From a virus: DNA of 64,000 bases. Positions 9,513-18,100 of the stretch are shown here, piece by piece. Positions within the stretch are counted from its first letter, which is position 1. The number at the start of each line of letters is the position of its first letter. The stretch lies in the IMG/VR virus record IMGVR_UViG_3300029892_000001. The stretch is one strand, 5' to 3'. The notes under the pieces are model-generated. The model was not told the DNA's origin. It searched no databases and saw nothing but the letters and a program-made list of their open reading frames with translations. The translations under genes and the position numbers were made by a program.

Positions 9513-10136
9513 ATGGCGTGGCCTATGATTTACCGCGTCCGCCATTTTGGCGGCGATCAGAACAATCCTGTCCTGAAGGAGTACCTTTGGGAAGACCTAC
9601 CCGCCTGCGTCAAAACGAGAAGGCGTCATGTCATTGCATCGATGCATAGAAACAACCTAGACGAAGAGATGGTCTGTTTCTACTCCGGGGTCCATACATA
9701 CCTCTCCACTATGCATTTCAAGTACTCTCCCTGGGAGGTTACCCGAGAGCATCTTGTGGCTGTAGTAAATGATGGCGGGGGAAGCGGGGGAAGCAACATT
9801 GTTTTCGCAGGAGCGCTGCTCAACATGAAGCTCGGACACAGCCCGCTTCCTGTGAAATTGTATGTGAAACAGCACCTTAAAGAGTGCAACTACGACAGGT
9901 CATGCCCCACATACGAGACATTCTGCACCGTCATTAGCCATGTCATCGAAGCGGAGGACAATCTAAAAGTCAACGGCAAGTACCCGTGGCAGCCCCATAC
10001 TTACGATCCTACGGATGCGTCCTATGAGCAGGTGCAAGACTTCTATAGCGACATGAGAAGGACAGAAGAAGAATTCCTATCCCAACCTGCCGAGGGAAGG
10101 GCTGAATGGATCCGGAATTTCCGTTGGAGGTGGTAA
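9513..10136 (+). CDS. Hypothetical protein
   Basis: 207-aa ORF in operon context. Confidence 0.55.
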   Translation: MAWPMIYRVRHFGGDQNNPVLKEYLWEDLPACVKTRRRHVIASMHRNNLDEEMVCFYSGVHTYLSTMHFKYSPWEVTREHLVAVVNDGGGSGGSNIVFAGALLNMKLGHSPLPVKLYVKQHLKECNYDRSCPTYETFCTVISHVIEAEDNLKVNGKYPWQPHTYDPTDASYEQVQDFYSDMRRTEEEFLSQPAEGRAEWIRNFRWRW

Positions 10137-10870
10137 TGCCCACGAAGTGCGTGATCGTAGACGTAGAAACAGTCCCCGACCAAAAGGTTTGCCTAGATGA
10201 AAAGGGGTTCGAATTTCCGCTTCCCGTGTTTCACCGAGTAGCGTGTATCTCATACGCAGTTCTCGGCAACTCGTTCGACCTGCAAAAACTTTGTGTTCTT
10301 GGGCTAAACGAGCACTCAGAAGCGGAGGCTCTGAAGAAGTTTGGAGCTGAGATCGACGACGACACTATGCTTGTGACTTGGTCAGGCCGTCGATTCGACA
10401 TTCCTGTGATCCTTTACCGTTCTCTCAAGTATGGAATCCCGTGTGCTTGGCATTTCCGACGGGATTTTGATAAGAGGTTCGGTCTCACAGGTCACGTCGA
10501 CCTTCAAGATCACATGATGTTCTTCGGTGCCGCAGATAAACTGAAGCTCGACCATGCGGCTGCTCTAATAGGCCTTCCAGGCAAACTCGATACCGTAGGA
10601 GCTGACGTCGCTGCACTTTGGGCCCGAAATCGATTCCAAGCAGTTGGGACATACTGCGTCACGGATGTTGTCCAGACGGTAGTGCTTTTCATCCGATGGG
10701 CGCATCTCAGGGGGTTAGCCACAGCAGAAGAAGTAAACGCGGCTCTGGATACAATTTCTGGTTTCTCTTCCGAGAGTTATCTTTCCACTAGTCCTGCCTC
10801 ACATGTGTCTGTCGCTGAAGGGATTCGTAAGGTGGTGAGAAACTGCGATTGGAATTCACTGAAGGTTTAG
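10136..10870 (+). CDS. Stand-alone PolB-type 3'-5' exonuclease
   Basis: VDVETVPD, SGRRFDIPVI, HVDLQD, YCVTDV; start moved to ATG 10136 (TAATG, GGAGG SD). Confidence 0.85.
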   Translation: MPTKCVIVDVETVPDQKVCLDEKGFEFPLPVFHRVACISYAVLGNSFDLQKLCVLGLNEHSEAEALKKFGAEIDDDTMLVTWSGRRFDIPVILYRSLKYGIPCAWHFRRDFDKRFGLTGHVDLQDHMMFFGAADKLKLDHAAALIGLPGKLDTVGADVAALWARNRFQAVGTYCVTDVVQTVVLFIRWAHLRGLATAEEVNAALDTISGFSSESYLSTSPASHVSVAEGIRKVVRNCDWNSLKV

Positions 10871-11410
10871 GTGAATGCGATCGCCACCAAGGAAGAGAAA
10901 TCAAAAATGACAATCTCTTGGGATCAGAATCAGCTCCCTGCTTTGTCCGCGTGGATTGAGGAAAAGCTTCCCTTAGTCGAAGGAGAAGTTGCTGTAGCGA
11001 CCATGGATATTCCCGAGAATTGCTTCGCTGGAAGCGTAGACCTCGAAGACAAGGAATTCATCGTCTTCACAAACCCTGATAGCCCGCTTACAGACATTAC
11101 AATGAATGTGTTCTTGGGCTACATTGTAGCTCTTGCCTATGACAAATCTGGATGGACAGGCCCTCCTTCCCATGAAATTTTGTTTGACTGCCACCGTCAG
11201 GTGTGTCAGGTTATGTTAGACTTCAATGAGGAGTTCTCTCGGGCTCTTGAAGACCATGTGGACATCCTCGAAGCGTGGCACCAAAATCATGATGCGACAG
11301 ACAGCGACTCAGCGACAACGGAACTAGACGCCGAAGATCTTGTTGATCAGATGGGCACCACCTTGTTCCTGGTGAACCCTGACGATAGTGACAAGTACGG
11401 TGTCAACTAG
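10871..11410 (+). CDS. Hypothetical acidic protein
   Basis: 179-aa ORF; start could be ATG 10907. Confidence 0.5.
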   Translation: MNAIATKEEKSKMTISWDQNQLPALSAWIEEKLPLVEGEVAVATMDIPENCFAGSVDLEDKEFIVFTNPDSPLTDITMNVFLGYIVALAYDKSGWTGPPSHEILFDCHRQVCQVMLDFNEEFSRALEDHVDILEAWHQNHDATDSDSATTELDAEDLVDQMGTTLFLVNPDDSDKYGVN

Positions 11411-11411
11411 C

Positions 11412-11482
11412 TGGGGGTTCGTCTAATGGCAGGACGGCGGATTTTGGTTCCGCCTGTGAGGGTTCGAATCCTTCACCCCCAA
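11412..11482 (+). tRNA. tRNA-Gln(UUG), no encoded CCA
   Basis: Acceptor TGGGGGT/ACCCCCA, anticodon arm GCGGA-TTTTGGT-TCCGC, T-loop TTCGAAT. Confidence 0.95.
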
Positions 11483-11485
11483 TAC

Positions 11486-11556
11486 TCGGGGATCGTCTAA
11501 TGGCAGGACAGCGGATTCTGGTTCCGCTGATGGAGGTTCGAATCCTTCTCCCCGAA
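11486..11556 (+). tRNA. tRNA-Gln(CUG), no encoded CCA
   Basis: Acceptor TCGGGGA/TCCCCGA, anticodon arm GCGGA-TTCTGGT-TCCGC, T-loop TTCGAAT. Confidence 0.95.
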
Positions 11557-11557
11557 T

Positions 11558-11588
11558 AGAAAAGCGTGAGATAGCTCACGCTTTTCTT
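11558..11588. terminator. Intrinsic terminator after the tRNA pair, possibly bidirectional
   Basis: AGAAAAGCGTGAG-ATAG-CTCACGCTTTTCT, 13-bp stem including the A/T tracts. Confidence 0.8.
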
Positions 11589-11611
11589 GCTTTGAAGGCT
11601 TAGGATTTAAG

Positions 11612-11857
11612 ATGGGCTATCACAAGCGCAGGATCAAAAAGGGTGTGTTCGGCGAGATCTCAAAGATCCGAGAGGAGCTTGAGGAGCTGGAGGACGCTGA
11701 ACACCAAGGTGTGGCCATAATGGCTATGTGTGAGCTTGCAGACCTGTATGGAGCTATTCGGGCTTACGCCAAAAGCAAGTACAAGCTAACGATGGAAGAC
11801 CTCCAAAAGATGGCCGATCGCACTGCAGAGGCTTTTCGCGATGGATCTAGACGCTAA
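11612..11857 (+). CDS. Minimal MazG-like nucleotide pyrophosphohydrolase
   Basis: KIREELEELEDA...CELADL (EExxE...ExxD) in 81 aa. Confidence 0.6.
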   Translation: MGYHKRRIKKGVFGEISKIREELEELEDAEHQGVAIMAMCELADLYGAIRAYAKSKYKLTMEDLQKMADRTAEAFRDGSRR

Positions 11858-12497
11858 AGACTTCTCGGAAGTGTCTCCCCTTGATTGGGAGAGAATTTCA
11901 AGGGCCTACGCCTTCTACTCCAAAAAAGGCTATAAGTACATGGAAGTCCCATGGGTAGTCCCGCGCCCCGTAGTGGAAGCAACTATGCCGTTGGGTGCTA
12001 GACCTATCGCAACTGATGTTGGAGAGGCAGTCCTCATCGGTTCCGCTGAACAGGGGTTCTTAGCCCGTCTCCAGGAACCGTATCGACGGTTTGAAAACGG
12101 CAGTCTCTACTTCTCTGTCTCTCCTTGCTTTCGCGGAGAGTCCAACTTGCGTCGAGGTGAGACGCAACTTACTTTCATGAAAGTAGAGTTGTTCGCGGCT
12201 GAGGCAGTCGGTGGCGGTTCATGGGCGCGTAGTGAATACGCAGAGATGTCGACGCTTCTCCTGCACGATGCCCAGCAGTTCATGATGTCAGAAGGAGCGT
12301 ACGTAACGACACAGGAGACGCCAGAGGGCGTTGACCTCTACTGCGCTGGGTTAGAAGTTGGTTCTTACGGAACCAGAACGTGGCAGCAGTTTAGGTGGGC
12401 GTATGGAACCGGTTTGGCAGAGCCGCGATTTAGTACTGCGCTTGCTGCTTATTCGTCTCGTCGAAGTCGTTTTTTAGTTCGCAGGGAAAAGCTATGA
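11841..12497 (+). CDS. Stand-alone class II aminoacyl-tRNA synthetase catalytic core
   Basis: Motif 1-like GYKYMEVPWVV, motif 2 PCFRGE...FMKVELF, EVGS, motif 3 GTGLAEPR; 218 aa. Confidence 0.7.
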   Translation: MDLDAKDFSEVSPLDWERISRAYAFYSKKGYKYMEVPWVVPRPVVEATMPLGARPIATDVGEAVLIGSAEQGFLARLQEPYRRFENGSLYFSVSPCFRGESNLRRGETQLTFMKVELFAAEAVGGGSWARSEYAEMSTLLLHDAQQFMMSEGAYVTTQETPEGVDLYCAGLEVGSYGTRTWQQFRWAYGTGLAEPRFSTALAAYSSRRSRFLVRREKL

Positions 12498-12563
12498 GGT
12501 TTCTTTGCAATCGCCTTTCTCCTATCACGTGCGCGCGGGTTGCGCCCGCACGAGGAGGAGAAC

Positions 12564-12749
12564 ATGGCAAACTACAAGAATCGGAAGCCGAAGCCCTTCA
12601 AGGGTCACTGTGGTATGTGTTGTCTGTTAGATTCTGACGGTCGTCGTAATGGACGCCTTCGTACTCTACAAGAGCTGCGATCCGAGGATGCTGAGGACTA
12701 CTACTGGGCATACGAACACGGTGAAACAGAGCCTGAGGATCGAGAATGA
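12564..12749 (+). CDS. Small hypothetical protein (61 aa)
   Basis: Strong SD GAGGAGGAG before ATG 12564. Confidence 0.6.
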   Translation: MANYKNRKPKPFKGHCGMCCLLDSDGRRNGRLRTLQELRSEDAEDYYWAYEHGETEPEDRE

Positions 12750-13045
12750 AGGTGGACGATATTCACTACCAAGAAGCGTTACGGCGCTATCAGGTAGAGG
12801 TCAGCAATTACGAAAGACAGGTCCGAGAATACAAAGAAAGGCTTCATACTCTCGGTAAGGATGACGTCCGCCCCTCTAAACCAATCCCTCCTATACCTCC
12901 GATGAAGCCTATTAAGCTTCAGGTGCCTGCTGAACAGGCGCCTGTTTTGGATGGGTATAATGAAGGCGTCGAGGCTGCTGCTGAGGCCCTAGAGCAAGTT
13001 GGTGAAAAAGAGCTTGCTGCCTGGGTTCGAAAGCAGAAGCGCTAA
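12746..13045 (+). CDS. Hypothetical protein
   Basis: ATGA overlap; coiled coil plus Pro-rich linker. Confidence 0.55.
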   Translation: MKVDDIHYQEALRRYQVEVSNYERQVREYKERLHTLGKDDVRPSKPIPPIPPMKPIKLQVPAEQAPVLDGYNEGVEAAAEALEQVGEKELAAWVRKQKR

Positions 13046-13056
13046 CCTGAGGTAAC

Positions 13057-13773
13057 ATGGTAGACCCGTTCTTTTCGGACTTAGCCCGTTTTGACCCGAT
13101 AAATCCGCCCAACGTCCGAGTTGTTAGGGTGTGCTGCATCTCTGACACGCACACCGAGGCACAGAACATCCCCGGAGGAATTCCTCCGTGTCACATCCTT
13201 ATCCATGCTGGTGACATTACCTACCGCGGTGAGACCGACAAGCTCCTAAAGTTCGATGACTGGGGAGCTAAGATTTCTCTTCCGAAAGAGAGAAAGATTT
13301 GCATTGCTGGTAACCATGACATCAGTTTTGAACGAGAGCCTGAGTTGGCTCGGGCGCACATTCAGCAATGGACGTATCTTCAAGATGAGGCTACGGAAGT
13401 ACTAGGGCTCAAGATCTACGGTTCTCCGTGGAGCACTGAGTTTTACCCAGAGTCGTGGGCGTTCAATCACCAGCGGGGTGCCGCTGCTGCGGCTCGCTGG
13501 GCTTCAATTCCGGAAGACACGGACATTCTTGTTGTTCATGGTCCTCCGTACGGTCATGGCGACCGAACGAGGGGTAAACATGTTGGTTGCGTTGACCTTG
13601 CCAATAGGCTAAAAGTGGTTCGTCCGCAGTTGACTGTATGCGGCCACATTCACGAAGACTATGGCGTATTCGCAGCTCCATGGGGTACCGTTGTAAACGC
13701 ATGTACGATGACCTCTGGGTATAGACCAAAGAGATCTCCAATCGTCATCGACATTCCTATCGTGGAAGACTAG
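13057..13773 (+). CDS. Calcineurin-like metallophosphoesterase
   Basis: SDTH, HAGD, GNHD, VHGPP, GHIHE motifs. Confidence 0.93.
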   Translation: MVDPFFSDLARFDPINPPNVRVVRVCCISDTHTEAQNIPGGIPPCHILIHAGDITYRGETDKLLKFDDWGAKISLPKERKICIAGNHDISFEREPELARAHIQQWTYLQDEATEVLGLKIYGSPWSTEFYPESWAFNHQRGAAAAARWASIPEDTDILVVHGPPYGHGDRTRGKHVGCVDLANRLKVVRPQLTVCGHIHEDYGVFAAPWGTVVNACTMTSGYRPKRSPIVIDIPIVED

Positions 13774-13819
13774 CAAAGAACGAGGGCCTGGTTATCTTCT
13801 GGTAACCCAGACCCTCTAT

Positions 13820-13906
13820 GGAGGGTTGACCGAGTGGTTTATGGTGGCGGTCTTGAAAACCGCTGAGCCTTCACGGGCTCCGGGGGTTCGAATCCCTCAC
13901 CCTCCG
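13820..13906 (+). tRNA. tRNA-Ser(UGA), long variable arm, no encoded CCA
   Basis: GGAGGGT/ACCCTCC acceptor, GCGGT-CTTGAAA-ACCGC anticodon arm, variable arm GAGCC-TTCACG-GGCTC. Confidence 0.95.
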
Positions 13907-13920
13907 TCGAAAGGAAGAAC

Positions 13921-14160
13921 ATGTTTGGGAGTGCATTACCCAAGGACGAGTTCCGCAGCCTTCTAAAGGAGAAGCTGGGCTACTCTGACAGTACTGGCGA
14001 AGTCGTAGACAGCGATCAGGTGTTATCCGTTGCTCGACTTCTGGGAACATCTGTGGGCACCGTAAAGAAGTGGGTACAGGGACGCGCCCGTCCGACTCCT
14101 CCTGAGGAGCTTAGGGCAGTTACAGTACTTCGAGCGCTGAAGACCTTCGAGAAGGCGTGA
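13921..14160 (+). CDS. XRE-like helix-turn-helix protein
   Basis: VARLLGTSVGTVKKWVQGRARP. Confidence 0.7.
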   Translation: MFGSALPKDEFRSLLKEKLGYSDSTGEVVDSDQVLSVARLLGTSVGTVKKWVQGRARPTPPEELRAVTVLRALKTFEKA

Positions 14161-14354
14161 TGAAGATCAGTCTCGACACAGCGGAAGCGATCGCCCAACG
14201 AGTTAACAAGAAACTGAAGGACTGGGACATTCCGATCTCAGTGAGGCCAGGTTTTGTCGTTATGGTCTCACTCGTCATTCGGGAGCTAAGAGCAGAAGCC
14301 AAGCGTCAGGCTAATAACCCAGCCGCCACCTCCCCAGAAACAACCAATGATTAA
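14157..14354 (+). CDS. Small hypothetical protein
   Basis: GTGA overlap with upstream gene. Confidence 0.45.
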   Translation: MMKISLDTAEAIAQRVNKKLKDWDIPISVRPGFVVMVSLVIRELRAEAKRQANNPAATSPETTND

Positions 14355-14595
14355 CGAAAGGCCTCCTTGGAGGCCTTTCGCATTTAACCCCCAGGAGATG
14401 ATAATGAAAAGTGCGTTGACACACCTAGAAGACCAATTCGAAAGCCTGCTTGACAGATATTGCTTGGCTGTCGAAAGTGGTCAGTTAGACCAGGCTGAGA
14501 AGGTCTCAGCCGAGGCAGAGGATTACCTCGAAGCCATCGGCGTGTTGAAGTTCAGCCGGTTCCTAGACGAATGGACCAGCACTGTTCGCGTTTAG
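14347..14595 (+). CDS. Small hypothetical protein
   Basis: Last + strand gene before the convergent junction. Confidence 0.45.
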   Translation: MINERPPWRPFAFNPQEMIMKSALTHLEDQFESLLDRYCLAVESGQLDQAEKVSAEAEDYLEAIGVLKFSRFLDEWTSTVRV

Positions 14596-15152
14596 TTGGA
14601 GCCTGGCTTTCCTACGACAGGAAACACCCCTTGGTGTTGAAGCCGGTCTGCAGCGGTTATCGACCCGGTTCGCTGCCACTTTTCGAACAGTGCGGCGACA
14701 TCTTGTTTGGTACGGAGTGATGTCATTTCTCGAACTTCGTCCAGTACACGGACGAAGTCACCAAAGCCATCTGATAGAGTGACGTACACCTGGCTAAGGC
14801 CATCCACTGATAGGGAGGCGGCGTTTCGATATGCGCCGCCTCCCATGTTTATTACGTACCTGCGAGTCACGCCTCTACGTCCAATGGCTTCCTCGAAAAA
14901 GCCGACGAGAATCAGCGCAGAATCTCCCATCTCCTTGAACCGTAGGAAGCGCTCTTTGGCGGAGCTAGCTCGGTGTGCTGCTTCGAGCTGAAAAACAAAC
15001 GGCTCTTGTGTTACGGGACGAGAGACTTGTCGCACGAGTAGGTCTACGAGGTAGAATTCGGTCCAGCTTTCTAACTGGAGACGAAGGCGTCCCAAGGCCT
15101 CACAAATGGCCTCATAAAAGAAAATCCGTGGGTCTTCTTTCTCAAATGCCAC
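14592..15152 (-). CDS. Conserved bacterial-type hypothetical helical protein
   Basis: YLVDLL, MGDSALILVGFF, YVINMGGGAY; recalled as resembling uncharacterised bacterial proteins (unverified). Confidence 0.6.
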   Translation of the reverse strand: MAFEKEDPRIFFYEAICEALGRLRLQLESWTEFYLVDLLVRQVSRPVTQEPFVFQLEAAHRASSAKERFLRFKEMGDSALILVGFFEEAIGRRGVTRRYVINMGGGAYRNAASLSVDGLSQVYVTLSDGFGDFVRVLDEVREMTSLRTKQDVAALFEKWQRTGSITAADRLQHQGVFPVVGKPGSN

Positions 15153-18100
15153 TTAGATCGAAGTCTAGCTCGTTACCATAGATCGCGTCCAGGGCTTTCT
15201 GGACATCAGGCATGATTCTATCGTACATCGGAAGCAGTTCAGGTCGCTTCTTTTTTAGGAAGAGCCTGAAGGCGTGTGCGGAGGTGACCTCGTGTGCGGT
15301 CGACCATTCCAACGCCTTTTCGAGGAGCAATTGAAGCCTCTTTCGCTCATTCCGATCAGGCGTTGCACCCGATGGTGCGGTAGATTTCTGCGGTGCCTTA
15401 GGCTGCTCTGCGCGCGCAGGCGCTGCTCCAGGAAGGAGACCCAAAAGGTCTGCCTTCTCCTTATCAGCCACTTCTAGTCGAGAGACGGCCTGGCTGATTT
15501 CCTCCGCTGTGAAGGAACCTAGATCGATAAGAGCACGAAGTCGCTGTACGCGTCTCGCATGCGTACGGTCTTTGGACAGAAGTTCGTGTAGACGGTCAGC
15601 CCGAACCTGTTCTTTCGTTTGAGCGGGTGGCGCCTGCTTTGTCTCTATCGACTTCTTAGCCTCATCTAGGGCCGCCCGCAGAGCGTTGAGACCGTCCGAG
15701 GCCTCTCCCTTTGTTGTGGGGCTTAGACTGACAGGCGGAAGGCTGTGTCCCATTGATTGAAGCTCGTGCGCCAACTCCTGTAGTTTCGCAATTTGCTTCT
15801 CGGTTGCGGGGTCGTCCCTCCACTGCCCCTTTGGACGCTTAGCAGAGGAGGCGGGAGGTCCACCCACAGGATCCTTCCCCTGTTGAACAAGACGAAGGTA
15901 AGCAGTGAGGTTTTTGATGTACTTCAGCGCAGCATTCTTAGCGGCGTCGCCAAGCTGCTCGTGGTTCTTTCGAAACGCCTCTGCCACCTGTCGGTAGGTC
16001 ATGTTTTCGAGGCCCGGCATGGCCTCATTTAGTGCGTTTATTTCATCTGGGGTAAGACCAGAATGTTTCACGACGAAGGTGTAGACGGCGGAACTTGTCT
16101 CCCGGTCCACGAGGGCAGCAGGAAGCCTCCCTCGTGTAGAAGGTGCCTTTCCTGGAGCCGGGGCTGGTTCTGCGGGCTGGGGGGCCGCCGCAGGCTCGGG
16201 CATGCGGAGAACTCGCCCTGACGAGAATGGTACGCCATCAGGCGACACAGGAACAAATTTCGCGTCTTCTGGAGAAAGTGAAACAGCTCCGCTTTCCGCC
16301 CGTAGATCGACGAGGCCTTGTTCCGCTGCTTGCAGTAGAGCGTTCTTCGCGTCTTCTGGTGCAATCTTTCCTTCTAGGCCGCGAACAACTTCAGACGAGT
16401 CGAATAGACGTTCGTCCTTCCCCTGTACTTTTTGTGCCTCTTCAAGCACTTTCTGAAGTGTCTCTTCATCCACTTCGCGTCGGATTGTCGGAGCGAGTCG
16501 AGCGGGAGCTTTTTCGACAGGCTTTTCACCCATCAGCTCCTCTATCGTCATTCCAACGTCATCTGTATCCTCAGCGTCAGGCGCAGCAGGCAACTCGATG
16601 TCAGGGATGTCGCTCTCTTGCAGCCCCTGTTCCTTGATGTAGTCAATCAGGTCATCTAGAAGGACTTCGAGGTGGCCCTGCCCAGAAAGTTGGGCCTTCA
16701 CCTTGTCCAATCCATTCTTCTGAACCGCTTCGAGAATTTCAGCAGCGTTCTGCTGCTCCTCTTCATCGAAATCGAACTCCTGGACCATCAGGTTCCAGAT
16801 GTTCCTCTTGAGCCGGTCTTTGGATTTGCTGCGAGGAGTGCTGTCCTCTTCAGTGACAACTTGGTCGGACTTCAGGAAGTCGACGGCCTCCTGTAGGTCT
16901 GGCGCGAAACGAGCGCCCTCTCCGCCTAGTTCATCAACAAGGTCTTCTGTGTGTTCTTCCAGGTCGGCCTTTGGCTCTGGCATTTCGTCAGAAATCTCGT
17001 CGGCGTCGAATTCCGGCGCCTGTTCCTCAACTCGACCCAGATTCGGGGTTCCATCCTCTGCAAAGAAAGACTCTCTACCACTGAGGGGCGGAACAGAGAT
17101 TCCACGGAAATCTGGAACTCCGTCGGAGCCAACCAATCCCTTTTCCTTGAAGAAGTCGACAAGAAGCTCAAACACGCCCTCTAACTGGGTGCCCTCAGTC
17201 TTCCCAACCAGCTTTTCGATGCCGGCCTTGCCCTCGTGAGCTTTCAACGCACGGATCGCATCCGCAAACAGATTCTTCTGTTGATCGTCTAGCTCGTATT
17301 CTGCCACAAATTCGTCGAAAATAGACTTACGTAGCTTTTTGCGCTGGGACTCCGGGGCGGGTGTCGACTTCTCTTGAAGGAGCTGTTGGACCTCTGGCTT
17401 CACTGCCTTTTCTGGAGTCTTCTCCACAGCAGGATGCTTGAACGGCATTCCAGTCAGGATGCTCAGGTCTGGAACGCCGGGCACGCCTGACTCGAATTTT
17501 TCTCGATTGCGCCCGATAAAAGTCAGCACCTTTTTGACGATGGGTAAGAACTTTGGGTTCTTCCGTAACAAGGCCTCCAGAAGTTCAGATGCGACCTTAG
17601 TGCCGCTCTCCATGCGAAGCTGAAGTGCGGACACGAGTTGCTGGGCAACGCGTGCTTCCGCTTCGTCCATATCCATGACATGAACCATCTGTCGGAAAGC
17701 AGTGGTCCGGTCATCCTGCGGAAGAAGCTCCTTCTGTTCTTGTTCTGGGACGGGGTCGACTTCATCTTGTTCGGTTGGGGTGCTCGGAGGAGCGCCCGGA
17801 CCAAATACGTCTGCCAAGCCCATGTCGTTCTGCATGTTGGCTAGGCCCTTGGTCCTGTTCAACTTTTCTAGGAAATGGCGCGTCACTTGGAAGAGGTAAG
17901 CAAGGCTGTAGGGCTTCGCTTCTCTCTTGTCTTCCTTTTCGAAGTGCTCCTGCATTTGGTCCAGGTCCATGCCGTGGAGCGCCAACTCGGACATTTGGTG
18001 GAGCAAATCAAGAACACGCTGTTGTGTTCCGGTGCGGGACTCAATGCCGCCGTCAGGTCCTGCCTCCTCTTGAAGCTGTCGCTGAATTCCGTCAATCAGC

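Noticed and set aside
10871-11410. SprT-like zinc metalloprotease
   Set aside because: No HExxH; the resemblance is positional only
11486-11556. Amber suppressor tRNA / recoded genetic code
   Set aside because: The anticodon is CTG, not CTA; genes end normally at TAG, TGA and TAA and long ORFs are intact in code 11
11587-11613. Sigma70 promoter TTGCTT...TAAGAT before the MazG-like gene
   Set aside because: Spacer is only 15 nt and the -10 overlaps the start codon
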